NCBI RefSeq assembly: GCF_964204645.1
Contig: NC_134033.1
Coordinates: 13,090,655-13,154,654 of the forward strand
Source of the DNA: Tubulanus polymorphus
Taxonomy: Eukaryota > Animalia > Nemertea
Reading direction: 5' to 3'
Length of the DNA: 64,000 nucleotides
Part shown: in pieces, positions 48,656 through 62,040 of the stretch
How the letters are laid out: every line of letters begins with the position of its first letter
Numbering within the stretch: position 1 is the first letter of the stretch
Made by a program: the position numbers and the translations under genes
The notes under the pieces: model-generated
The model's input: only the letters and a program-made list of their open reading frames with translations
Databases searched by the model: none
What the model was told of the DNA's origin: nothing

Positions 48656-49964
48656 TTATACGTTGCGCTTGAAAGAAGTGTATGTGATGTGATGTTAAAC
48701 TGTGAGCGCTTAAAAGTCAATGCGAATATCCTTCAGACCGAGTTCATTGATGATGAAAATCTACGTTCAGCTACGTATGTTATATAATTAAAGATAGAAA
48801 TTGCCGGTTTGACTTTGCACACGTTGCACACATGACTACGCGACGCCGAGGGGGAACAGCTAAACGTTTTGTTATTAAAAAGATACCCGTGTTCGATGAA
48901 GATAATCTAATCGCGGCTCTATTCAAGGACACTTGAGGCAGTGTAAAATCATCAGTTGATTATTATTATTATTATTATTATCATCACGAAGCTGGTGTTG
49001 ACGATACGATAATTTCGTGTTGTAAATTGTATTGTACTATGACAGTATACACCGTGCCCTGGTACGGATCGATTATTGAATATTTTAAAGTCGATTATAA
49101 ACTACGTTTTGCAGAAAAAAAACCGATTCATTTTGCGAGTTGAATAATAGAAAATTGATGATACGTTTCGTGCGAAATAAAATTGGCGTATTGGGTTTTT
49201 TTGAAACCTTGTTTCCTCGACTTGTGGCTTTAACTACAGGGTTAAATTTGAACATAAACGGTTTTCGACCTGAGTGAAATTAGGCCCGGGGACAACTGCA
49301 CTAAATTAGACGCCAGTCTGATCTGTGCCAGTTTAACCGAGGTCAAATCGTTCTCTTGTGGACAGCACGGATTTTGAACTGAACTCATGGGTTCCACAGT
49401 TGTGGATTGATGCCGCGCGCTGTGGAACTCGTCGTGCCACCATCAACTTTACACTGACAGTGACATATCAAGTAACAATTATCGCCACAAAATAGAGAGC
49501 ACAGCTGTTCGGCTCATAATCTGCACTTTCCCTCACATCGATAAATAGAAAAAAATATCTCTTCAGAATACATAGAACATGTGCTGCGTTCAATTAGAAA
49601 GTTAACTATGATCGATGATATATGACCGGATTTTTGACGACGCGATCCTTTCAACTGTCAGATGTTACGTTCAAGTCACATTTTTGTATCGGCGGCGTGA
49701 ATATCGTTCAGATCCGGTTAAAGACAGTTGTTATGCCGTACATCGGTTCAACTGTCTTCAAGATGGATCCAAGCTTTCTTAGATGAAAAGATCTGTTAAT
49801 GGTCAATACGCAAAAACTACTCGGCCCAGTAACTCGAAAGTTAAGTAGCAGCCCCTGGCCCTGTTCTATGATTCTGGATTAACATTTCAATCTAGGGTTT
49901 AACACTGGAAATGAACTTATCTTAACACCAAAGTTCAATCAAAGGTGTCTCTCCGGGGGGGGTG

Positions 49965-50094
49965 GGGGCTGCAGTCGCTTAACGGTTGGTAAGAGTTAAC
50001 CAGTGGATAGTTGACATAGTGACAATTGAAAGTTCATCGTTACTATGGTGTATATGCGGCGGTTATCTTTAACCAACTTTTCAGCGACTGGCCC
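49965..50094. mobile_element. MITE family F (GGGCCAGT-type terminus, CTG flank)
   Basis: CAGTCGCT...GTTGGT / ACCAAC...AGCGACTGGCCC|CTG inverted ends. Confidence 0.65.
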
Positions 50095-50749
50095 CTGATT
50101 ACTGATAAGCCAAGTTTTGGTTTTCACGTATGATCCAATAAGGGGCGACTCCGAGAATATCGGAATCGTGGCATTCAGAGCCGTCCCCATTTTTCCTCGA
50201 TCCGCGAGCCGTATAACGATATACATAAATAACATTTTCGTGACAAACATCGCGAATGAAAAATCGATAGGTTTTCATTACACGCAATCAGTGCTTAAAA
50301 ACGTTCGGCTTTGTCAATGTGAAATCAGTTGATTCGGTAATGTCGGTTGTTTGACAGCTGAAATCGTTATTGGTCTTGACGATAATACCGTCGTATCGTG
50401 CGCGCGTTGGACGTCGTCAACGTTTCGAATTGACGCACTCTTTAAGCGAAAAAAAAAATCGAATTTCCTTCCTTCGCCGACGACGATCGGGTTTCATTCG
50501 CGACATTTCGAAGATCCGATCGGATTGTTGGATCAGGATTGGTGATCGGCGCGTCGTGAATGTTATAGTTGACCCGAACGTAATCAAAACATTAAAGCAT
50601 AGGTTATTAGAAGATTTAGGCCGTTCCACTGACCTGGAAAAACCTGGGCCCGGTTTTATAGACTGGTATTACCTTTAACCCGGGGGGGGGGCTAACTCAA
50701 TTAATTATCAATTAATTAATCTGGAAAAATGAGGGAAAAACTCTATCTA

Positions 50750-50752
<3 letters not shown>

Positions 50753-50844
<92 letters not shown>

Positions 50845-50895
50845 TATATATATATATATATATATATATCATATATATCATATATACATATATAT
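50753..50895. repeat. Interrupted (TA)n microsatellite
   Basis: Seen directly. Confidence 0.97.
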
Positions 50896-51911
50896 GAATT
50901 GTAACATTTTAAACCACAAAATTTCTGAGATTCACTCAAATAATTTTGTGTTGTCTTGGTGTGAACATGTTTTAAGTATCTAAAGATAATGAATACTAAC
51001 CTTATATATGTAGCACCTTATTTGATAACATGAAATATATGTATTAGATTTACTACTGCTACTATTGTTGTGAGTTAGCTTGTAGCTTAAATGATCGCTA
51101 TTTAATACCGCGACTAAGCTGACGTTTATCTACTGTGGCGATAATGACTGCGATTACGACTTTTCTAATGATGACATTTTATATACATTTGTATACACCT
51201 AATAAATGTGACATTTTGAATCTCAAGCTGCCAGCACATGGTGCTACTGTCATAAATGGGATTCAATTGCGAAATAGGAATTAATTAATTTTTCATATAT
51301 TCGCTTGAGAATTTCCAATTTTCGTCACCTTGCTCCGCGTATCGTTGAATATTCATCGTTGAATTTGAATTTGAATTTAACTCGCGCTTCTCTTTGTTTA
51401 CTACTCTGTTGAGGGATGTAGTCCCACTTAATGCCGTGTACTGAAAATGCGACTGGTGACTGGTCCCATTTTTGGCTCATTCACTAAAAAAAGGTTCAGA
51501 TTGGTCCTATATATCCATCAAATAGCCCACGGTGATAATACCGTTCTCGAGACGGGACCACTCTATCCTCGTATCAGATATAGATGGTAAACTAAAACGC
51601 TGTACCGAACAGATAACTGGTCACGTTTGTAAATGATCGAGTGTTATAGCTGGTAAGTAGCACTCGCGGGGACCGCCGCGCTGCAGTAGTTATCTTTCCC
51701 TATGAATATACACTTCGGACATCGTGCCGTATGGGACCGATGGGTTTTTCTCCGTGTGAAGATGTGAATGTTAAAAGCTGTTGTGTAAATGTGGAGGTCA
51801 TCGATCAGCCGGTTTGTCTATGCGTCAACAGTAACTAACAGTCCACACAGTCAGTCATATCTTAAAACTGTTGAAATGAGTCGACACTTGTCCTCATATG
51901 TACATAGTTAA

Positions 51912-52185
51912 CCCTTTCAGTAATTACTTATCACTACCCGATAACTTCCATGCCAGTGTTTTGAATTTGAGGCATATCCCTTTGGTGTGTCTACTCCAGG
52001 GTGCGGTGTATGGTATATTACCAATATTACCAATATTTCGCTGTTTTACTGAGTGCTGCTATCTTTCCATACAGAAAAAAAACCTAATCGCTAATGAAAT
52101 GAATACACTGCAATGCCGTGTACTAGCAGTCAAACACTGATTAATACACCGCACTGCAGTGTTTTTATACATCGCTCTGAAAGGG
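51912..52185. mobile_element. piggyBac-like MITE (family B), reverse orientation
   Basis: TTAA|CCCTTTCAG...CTGAAAGGG|TTAA. Confidence 0.85.
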
Positions 52186-52838
52186 TTAAGCCACATCAAC
52201 TGTTGGGATTAAATTCCTCAAAACGTTCACTAGTTGAATTTTCATGATCTCAAAATTTGAAGTGAAATCTGCATCCGATATTTGATTCAAATGATTTCAA
52301 ACCAGACTTTTTTTGAGTTGAAGGATAAACATTTGTCTTTAAGGACCAACTGCATTTCGATTTAGCTTCTGTTAGTAACTGTAGTCTACTTTAATGGGCT
52401 GAGGAGTAAAACTGCCAATACCCACCGCTGCCGAATCGAGAGCATCTTTTCAGGACTTCCGACAGTCCCCTGAAAATATCATAGGCCCTAAATCTTTCCC
52501 CAGACGTCGCTAAGTACCGACGAAATCAAAAGACCTTCATGAAATATTCAACGCGGCAGTGCATCTATCGTGAAAGAGAGTAGAGTTAGCAAAAAACGCG
52601 ACTGTCTAATAGCCGCGTGCGAAATGAGTATTTCGTAAATATTTTCGTGTCGACTCTCCCCCCAGACTAGAGACATCCATCGTCATCATCGCCGTTTAGA
52701 CCGATCTTTTCGTTTAGATGGATCTGCATCGTGCAGATATCTGTAGGAGTCGCGCGCGCGCAGTTGGCGTATTTGTTGGTCGTCCCAGTTGGACTCATTA
52801 GCGGCGTTTCACTCGCACTAGAGGCAGTGTATACAATA

Positions 52839-52840
<2 letters not shown>

Positions 52841-52917
<77 letters not shown>
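52841..52917. repeat. (TA)n microsatellite
   Basis: Seen directly. Confidence 0.97.
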
Positions 52918-52920
<3 letters not shown>

Positions 52921-53213
52921 ATAGAATATATATAATGAATTAATCATGTGGATATTCATAGTATGTACTCGCCCACACATATTTTCATCTTGTCAAAACG
53001 ATCTACTCATTTGAATAAAGAAATTCATCTTGGAAAATTAATTAATTCAATGAAAAATTATGAAAATAATTCATTCTTTAAAAATGGAGTCGCGTATGTT
53101 TTCAGTGTATAAATTTCAACTGGAGTGTCATTAACGTTCGTCCCGTGTTCATGTGTTCTTTTCTTTGAGATCGGTTGTATTCCAAACAGTGACAAATATT
53201 GCTCTAGTTGCAT

Positions 53214-53486
53214 TAGCCGCGATCACATGGAGACAACGGGCATGGATCAGGTCCCGAGTTCAAATTAGAGAGCGTGTTCGCACGTAAACTTCTCTCTCTA
53301 TCAAATCTATCATTTAGATATAAATCTCGCTTTCAAATCCCGGGCAAGTCATAACTATCTGTAGCAAATTTCGCGATGCACATGATCGATCACATTTAGC
53401 ATGATTTTGGCCCGTTCTAAATTTGGCCTGTTCCATATATAGACCCATACGGACCGGTCTAACTAGTGGTAGTGTGAACGCGGCTA
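53214..53486. mobile_element. MITE family C copy (opposite orientation)
   Basis: TAGCCGCGATCACATGGAGAC...GTGTGAACGCGGCTA; internal AATTAGAGAGCGTGTTC also at ~22905 (inverted) and ~62200. Confidence 0.75.
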
Positions 53487-55063
53487 TATAAGTCCAGTCT
53501 TGATAGTGCAAGTCTATGGGTGTTAGGGACAGTTACGCAGTCAAGGTTATGATTTATGAAAAAGTCCCAGCATAGTTTAGTGTAAAGCGCAGCCTCGACA
53601 GAGCAAGTATACTCATAATACATAATACTGGCAAAGAATGTCGTGGGATTTTATTGGAACTAATCCAGACGAATGTTAATGCAATCAACGGTGCCAATGT
53701 TTCGGGACTCGAGAGATTAAAAACTTTCTCGCGAAGCCGGCGCGTATCTCGGCGTGTATCTCGCGCCCCTCGCGTTTAATTTTGCTTCCGTCATTTCTGT
53801 GGAGATTCGTCGTTTTGTCGAAGAAAAAAAAAACGTCTAATTCAATTTCGGCGAAGTTTCATTTTTCGCGCCGTCGTCGTCGAAGACAATGAGATTTTAA
53901 AGGATTTTTTCTCTCGATTTTCGTTGCGGCGGCGGCGGCGAATTAGTCGGAGCGTGTATTCGATTCTCTATGATTTCTCCGGGGGATTTTACTCCCGACA
54001 TTGTTCCCGAAAACGACCGCGATTATTCATTATTTTTCACTCGCGAAAAACAATGTACGGCAACTACTTTCATTTACCGAACTAATTTGAAATGAAAGAT
54101 TTTGCGTCGAAATTGGAAAATCAAGCGAAACGTTGCCTGGTTTTTGTCGTGGCTGTCCCAGATAAAACGGTAAATCCAGCTTAACTGCATGTGACAGTGC
54201 CGGACCATATGAAACATTATTTTTGTATTTTACCAGTGCAGCCACTTCACCTCGTTCAGCAAAGTGTAAGCCCATCCAACTGAGCCATCCAATTATGGAT
54301 TTTGCCTTTCATGCAGGTAAAACCAACATGAAGGTGTCAGCTCCAAACTCGCATGCAAATAATTGACTAAGTTTCTATAAATTTCCATTTTATGAAAAAA
54401 AACGAACCCTATTGAAGCATCTACAACGCCTTCATCTCATGATTTCTGCCACCGATGATCTAAACATTCGTCAGAATCGCACCACAAATATCAGCTGTAT
54501 GCCTTGAATTCAGTCAGAATGTCGATGTTAAAGAGAGACATTGCCGCTAATGGCCCGAGTCATTACGGGTACTTTCCTTTCAACACGGTTTCAACAGTCA
54601 ATATTGCATCTTAATTACGTGCGCTTCTATTTCGCATCAGCTTCGTCAATAGCAACCTTTACTTACATTCTACGTAGCCGACGATTAGAGGCTTCTTTAA
54701 ACGCATTGCGACAGTCTATTATTTGTATGTGTATATAGTCGAACCTGCTGAATTCAGATCATTTCGGACCGATAAAACTAATCCCGGTTATGAGAAATAC
54801 GGATTAAAGATATTTTATATGCGTTTACATGTAGGTGTACCACGGATAATATGACGATAACATAAAAATCCGTATCAAACATATCCCACCGTATACCGAA
54901 CATATTCGCTTTAAATTATCAAGACTTACGAAAAAACCTCACGTCACACGCGCTACGCACGCTGAGAAATCGTCTCTAGAGACACTGAAATTATCGCAAC
55001 TTTTGTACAGTTGATATTTATTTTGTCAAAGTTATCACAAACATATAGATATATGTTCTCCGT

Positions 55064-55583
55064 GGTCTCGTGAGTCGGGTCTCGTGAGTCGGGTCTCGTG
55101 AGTCGGGTCTCGTGAGTCGGGTCTCGTGAGTCGGGTCTCGTGAGTCGGGTCTCGTGAGTCGGGTCTCGTGAGTCGGGTCTCGTGAGTCGGGTCTCGTGAG
55201 TCGGGTCTCGTGAGTCGGGTCTCGTGAGTCGGGTCTCGTGAGTCGGGTCTCGTGAGTCGGGTCTCGTGAGTCGGGTCTCGTGAGTCGGGTCTCGTGAGTC
55301 GGGTCTCGTGAGTCGGGTCTCGTGAGTCGGGTCTCGTGAGTCGGGTCTCGTGAGTCGGGTCTCGTGAGTCGGGTCTCGTGAGTCGGGTCTCGTGAGTCGG
55401 GTCTCGTGAGTCGGGTCTCGTGAGTCGGGTCTCGTGAGTCGGGTCTCGTGAGTCGGGCCTCGTGAGTCGGGTGTCGTGAGTCGGGTCTCGTGAGTCGGGT
55501 CTCGTGAGTCGGGTCTCGTGAGTCGGGTCTCGTGAGTCGGGTCTCGTGAGTCGGGCCTCGTGAGTCGGGTCTCGTGAGTCGGG
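55064..55583. repeat. 14-bp CpG-rich minisatellite x~37 (GGGTCTCGTGAGTC)
   Basis: Seen directly; explains ORF 54953..55726. Confidence 0.98.
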
Positions 55584-58319
55584 GCTCTGCTCGTGCTCTG
55601 AATGCTTGTTATAAAGTGTGATATATGTGAATACGGGATAGAATTACTTTCTCCTTGAAATGATGCTTTGAAAAAGAGGAGATTAGTTTCGAAATTTGCC
55701 ATTTCTCCTTTGATTTGCCATCGCATTTAATGCTTTCCGATTCTTGAAATTGCTGCTGAGTCGCCACTGACCTAGAAAACCTGAAAAACTCAGGGAATTG
55801 GAAATAATCGAGAAAAAAATCAGGGAGAACTCAGGAATTAGTAAATTGACGGAAGGTGCCCTGTGACGGTAGAGTACCCTAACATACACCTGAATAATGC
55901 ACAAAAGGAACATGATCGGTATACGTATGCAGATGTGGGTCTTTTCCTAAAGATGGCCTCTTGCTATTCAATTGGCAATTATTGCTTTTTCCACCCGTGC
56001 GCAGCTGAGGTGTCCTCATCAGCGTGTTCCAACTGTGCGCTACCAAGGAAGCCACTTCAACGTGTTCCACCCGTGCCCATCCGAGGTATCCTCCTCGGTG
56101 TGTTCCAATTCTGTTCAGCTGAGATATTTTCCTCGCTGTGCGCGACGACGCAACTCCTTAAAGCCTTGTAAAATACAAAAATCAAACTGCAACGTCTCGC
56201 GATCAATTGCATTTTTTGTTCCATTAATTACGGCGCGACGTGATGTGTGCATCGATCGCGTTTAGATTTATTCGCGCGCACGTCTCATTTCAATCGCACA
56301 AATACGAACGTAAACTTCTGCATGACGGAGATAAAAAAAGCGCCAGTCACTTACCGGCGTGAATTCACCGCGTAGCGCCCGAGGAAGGCGGCGGGAATAA
56401 CTTAATGCATCGTCGTCAGTGACTCTACGAGGCAGATGGTGATGAAATGGCCACGCGGGATCGATCGGAATCGCACGAAATCGCGCGCTCGTCGCGTGCA
56501 GGTGACAGCTACTCTCGAGATGTGACTGTCTCGATATGGCCGCGCGATACCGCGGGGCCATTTTCGAAAATGTGCCCTTCTCGTCTCTCACTTTCTCACG
56601 TTCAAAAGAATAACTACGAAAAACGACTTTTGGACACCTTATATTAATAATATTTAAATGCATCGTAAATACTCGAGTCCAGGAGCATGAAAGAAGCAGA
56701 TAAGCAGAAATGCCAGATGTGAAAGCCCAACAACGTAGCGCCTACCCGCCTGTGTGTCCGGTGTGTGGGAGGCCTGGACTCATCCCAGCAGCTCAACATT
56801 CAACTGATGATTCCGAAGGATGACACAGCGACAAAAATGGAGGAATCCTTGGCCTAGATTTTGGCCGCTTACATTACCTATGATCTCTGTAAATGGGGCA
56901 TTAAATGATTATATCGATCGACCTGAATAGAGCTTCGACTCTTCCCCACCCCATCGTCATCGCAAAAGCGCAGGCAGGCAGGCAGGCGATAAAGAACGCC
57001 GGGTTTCCTCGCGTTGATTGCCCCTCGCGGCAACACCGAGCGCGGTGTCCGAATCGCTCCTCGATACCGCGCCAAATCGATGGCGCGTTTAACGGCGTCA
57101 TTTACGTCGTCGGCGCCGAAATGCTTTTAGCCGTCGTCGCGATCACTCACTTACGACGCCCGCGTGTCTAATCAAATATCAATAACGCGCTTTCAAATGA
57201 TTATCGTTTTTCTCGCGACGTTTCTATTCATCGCGTATTTGCCGCTCGTTCGGTTTCGGCTAACTCGACCATTCAAACGCGTATAATGGCCGCTGCCCGT
57301 GTCATAAATAACCCGACGGTCTTAACCGCCTCGGGGCGCGTGCACCGGTAGACCGTGGCGGCAAATCAGCTCTCGTCGTAAGATGACAAAGACGTTTTTT
57401 ACGTCACCATTCCGCAAGATTAAAACCCTCCCTAGAGGAATGATGACGATGATTTCTTTTTTCACTTAACAACTCTTAAGGATTTGACTCTTACTCATAA
57501 ACTTAAAATGTGCAATTAAAGAGGCATCAATCTTTGTAGATCGTAAGGAATCATTGAGAGAAGCCCTCAATAGCAATTCAAACCACTTTCATTGTTTTTT
57601 CCCTTACGCGTCCATCTTCAGAGTTTTTTTGTAGGCAAAAGAAAATAACATGTGTTCAAATTGTTGTGGGTTTCTCTCAACGATTCTTTTTTTTTCTACG
57701 TTTATCTTTTTTTCTGATAAAAAAATGAATTTTAATGCCTTTTCATGAATAGTGACGTATTTTGTCTAATATTGAAGTCGCAACTGTTGAATAATCTAAA
57801 TTTGAAGTAGATTAGGAAGCCTCGATAGTAGATGCGTTTGCCGAGTTATTTCTCGCGGGAGACGGACCGAACGATTACGCTAGATCACCGTTATCCCGCG
57901 TTATCCGTTAAGTCGACTATACATATGTCCATTTGTAATTACGGCGTCAACCGCACGATTCGTCTGGAGAGAGTCGAAAAATCAATTGAGTCGCCCGACG
58001 TCGTCGTTCGTCGCGCTCGTTACGTCGGGATGCCATTAATCTTTCCTCGTTAATAACGCTTGGGAATATCGTAATTAATGACCTCAAGATAGTTTAATAA
58101 GATGATTAAGGTGCGACAGACCGACCGGCATACCGAGTTGGATTATTAAGACTCAATCGTGTTGACTAGTTGAAGGCTTTAATTGAGTGGTGCTTATCCT
58201 AATCAATTAACTGCTTGACTACTGGCATTTAGTTCTTCTTTATATCATTGACGTTAGATGAAACTTTAGCTGCTCGAAAGAATTTAATATATGTAGATAT
58301 TATTGTCCAATCTATATCT

Positions 58320-59405
58320 TAGTGTCCATTTAATATTTTCGTGCTCAATCAATATTTTTTTGCCCAATCAATATTTTATTGCCCATCGAATATTTCAACG
58401 TCCATCCAATATTTTATGACCTGATCAATATTTTCTTGCCCAATCAATATTTTCTTGCCCAATCAATATTTTAGTGTTCATCCAATATTTTGCCTATATT
58501 TTCCTATAATTAATTTAGTACTTTATCAACATTTAAGAATCCGTTCAATGTTTTCGCGCCAGTGTCAATTTAATATTTTTTCAATATCGTAGTGTCATTC
58601 ATTTTCTTTACTACCATCGTGTCTAGTTCATTTCAATTAGGCTACATTCTCAAATTGATAATAAGAATCTGTTTAAAAAAAGTTTGTTGTTTTACTTTCC
58701 CAATTACGAAGTTACGCAACAAACCGATTTGCAATATCAACATCACGGAGAAAGACAGACTGAGCGGTTTACTTTTTATTGTACCGATGAAATATCGTAC
58801 GACGGTCTTCAGCGCGATGAAATATCGTACGAAGGTCTTCAGCGCGTTAGTTCAATTGCCGCGTCTGTCATGACATTCACAGCAATGACGTGTTGACACT
58901 GTAGGTTACTGACACAAGATAAATGCGATACGAATTGTTGCTCTTATCTTTTGATGTGATTGATATATTTTTTTGCCGATCTTCAACAGGCGCGAAATTC
59001 TCGGAAAATTACTATTGTTATTATAATCGTCGAATGGGACACATCTGCCTCTCGGTCCCGGGCTCGATTTTGCGTTTCAAAGAAAAAACAATTGATACCA
59101 GTAAACAAAGCCACTACTAGATCACAGCTTTAAAAAAAAATATTATATGTCTGGGTCTAGCATTGATCTGATGATTTTAACGAACTCATGATTGCATGAA
59201 ATATTGAATAGACACTCAAATAACGATTGGAAACTCTGGATAGATATTGATTCGATACTTATATATTTGATTGACGTATAATATATTTATTGTGCGCTAA
59301 CATATTGAATTGACTCCGAAATATTGATCGGGCACTGAAATATTGAGCGGGCACTGAAATATCGATCAGATACTGAAATATTGATCAGATACTGAAATAT
59401 TGAAT
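58320..59405. repeat. Inverted pair of ~20-bp tandem arrays (58320-58500 and 59195-59405)
   Basis: TGCCCAATCAATATTTT units versus GAAATATTGATCGGGCACT units. Confidence 0.7.
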
Positions 59406-60027
59406 CGAATTGAGAATTCTAGAAAAGTTTTAGTCTATTTCCATTTCTATTGAATTTGCATTCAGTGTTTATGACACTAATGAGCTTACGTGAAATTGTA
59501 ATTGATTGATTTTCTATTTACATAGAACATATACAATAATACAGAGAAAAGAATTATTATTAAAGACGGTTATTAATTACGAATTGAAATATATCCACGT
59601 AGAAAAATGCCAAATACATCATTGAAGTTTAGTCTGAATGGTTCAAAACAGTTTTGTCAACTCAGATCGACCATAGTTATCGCTACATCTGAAATATAAT
59701 CACCTTATTACCAGTGAACGGTGCTCTGTCAATTGGTGAAATTGAGAGTTTTTCCATTTACCAGCGTGTCATTGTGCACCGGGTGTATGTATATTTCATA
59801 AACAAGCCATATTTCCGAACGTTTTACGATTATCCGCAAAATGTCAATGCGCAAGTGGATTTGTCACCTTGAGATCCGCGAGTGTACATATTGCGCAGAC
59901 GGAGGTTTGTCTTTTCAAACAATTACTCAGCCTGTTGATGCGCTATGTCGTAATACTTTGCGTTTATTTTTTCGTGACAGTGGACGCAATAAGATTTCAT
60001 TTCAAAAAATCAATTCATAATAATCCT

Positions 60028-60128
60028 GTAGCAGTAGTAGCAATAGTAGCAGTAGTAGCAATAGTAGCAGTAGTAGCAATAGTAGCAGTAGTAGCAGTAG
60101 TAGCAGTAGTAGCAATAGTAGCAGTAGT
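60028..60128. repeat. (GTA GCA RTA)n 9/18-bp simple repeat
   Basis: Seen directly. Confidence 0.95.
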
Positions 60129-61006
60129 TGAAGTACATTTGTCGATATTTACTCGTTCAATGTGCCACTTAAGACGAAGAAGCCTATTTATCATAAGATG
60201 GATCGAAGCGGTTTTCTGATTGATTTGATTAGAAATTTTAATTCATGGTTAATCATGGCCACCGGAGAGTGGCGATGAAAAATGTGATATGGCATTAATA
60301 AGTACCGTGTTGGTACCATTTGTTTTGTACCGTGGTGATGTTATCAGGTTCGAATCCCTGCCGGTAGAGGATGGAATGAACCCTGGTCGGTGATATGACT
60401 GATATATGCAGGTTTTAATGCAGGTTTCAGTTAGATATTAAATGAGAAAATCATCCGTCGTAATACGACGTTCATCCGATTTGATACGATTTCAATTAAT
60501 CCATTAATTATTAATTCTCTTGCTCGAGTTGAATAAATTCTAATCGCTTTAAAGACGCTCTCGGATTAGACAAATCCCCGCGCCGAGGATTAGATTATAG
60601 ATCAGGACGAGGGGGGGCTTATGCTAGATACCCCACTCGCTCAGCTCTGTACCGATCACAGATGACACACACACAAATCAAAACCAGCTCGTCAGATTCT
60701 GTTTCATCAATCGAGATACGGTGTAAATTCTCGTTATCTCGTCTCGCTCTCGGGTTTTGTTGTTGTACAAATAATTCCATGTTTTTACTAAGTCGGTATA
60801 TGTGGGCGCCGCGCTCTGGCATTTTTTACGAAGACAACTCAAAACGTGAAATTCATTCAGTAACATTATTTACCAACTGTCGGTTATGAAAACTTATCCG
60901 ACTTGAGTCGATAACCTAGGGTCATAGGTATCGTCATGTAAAGATAGGTAATGGCCGGAATTTGATGATCTGGGGTAAAATATTGAATCTACAGTGGATG
61001 ATAAAA

Positions 61007-61286
61007 CAGGTGGCCATTTTTTACTTGGCAATCAGGGAAAACTCGGGGAGTTTTCTTATAAGATATCAGGGAATAGTCAGGGAATGTTTTTCTAAAAGAA
61101 AGTTTTAAGTCAGGGAAATTAGTTGAGATCGCTAGATGGCACCTATGATCAAACCATTTTCGTCTATGCCTTACGTATTTGACTGCGTTAATTGATTGGA
61201 TTCTTAACAGATCAAGTCGGGAAACCAACGTGCATGTCAGAGAATTGTCAGCCAAAAATCAGGTCATATAAAAAGCGGTCACCCTG
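61007..61286. mobile_element. Family G copy
   Basis: CAGGTGGCCA...GGTCACCCTG; homologous to 14007-14291. Confidence 0.75.
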
Positions 61287-61756
61287 TAAAACAAGCCCAT
61301 GGGCGCAGCTTCGTAAAATTGACTGCTAAATCATAATTATCGTAAACTAATCATGGAAGAAAATTAAATAGAGTCAAACCTTATTGCACTGTCATACAAC
61401 CCCACTTGACCTATTTCCTTATCTCCAAAAAAATGATCTATGAATCTGTACCACGGGAATATGTAATACCTGATATAATGAATGGTGGGCAAGCACCACG
61501 GCTTTGTCAGTCGTTAGTTATAATTTGTTTGAAATTTTGCCGAATTCCGATATACCTGAGAGGAACTTGACATGATAGTAATTAACCGATAACGAATACA
61601 TTGAATTAAACTGCATCACTATAAATACTCTATTAGAAATCAGATCTCTAATCAGTATACCCGACGTTATGCGCTGGTATTCTTTCTGAATCGAGTTTAA
61701 AAATTCTTCGGCAAAATTTTCTTTTTCTCGTCGTCGGCTGATACCGAAAAACTTAC

Positions 61757-62040
61757 CTCGTACGGAAAACGAACTTATGAAAAAGCGTTTGAAAAAATTA
61801 ATCCGACGTCTGTAATGAATTATTGATGAGATATTTCCTGTGAGTCATTACAATCCGTCGTCTGGTCGCAGTGGTGAATGACCGCGAGTATTATTTCCGA
61901 ATTGAAGTTTTCAAGAGCTCGTCGCGTCGACACCGAGGACTCGACCATAAATGAAAGTTGATTTGTCTATATAGAATGAACGGACAGCGAGAGACGCGTC
62001 TGCTCTGCCGCCGCCGCTGCTGCTGCCGGGTTCCAGTCGC
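61757..62040 (-). other. Candidate upstream non-coding exon / promoter-proximal region of the receptor gene
   Basis: Perfect donor CGAG|GTAAGT (GT at 61756-61755) at the end of a CpG-rich segment with GCC/GCT triplet runs near 62005-62030. The 5' boundary is a guess. Confidence 0.3.
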
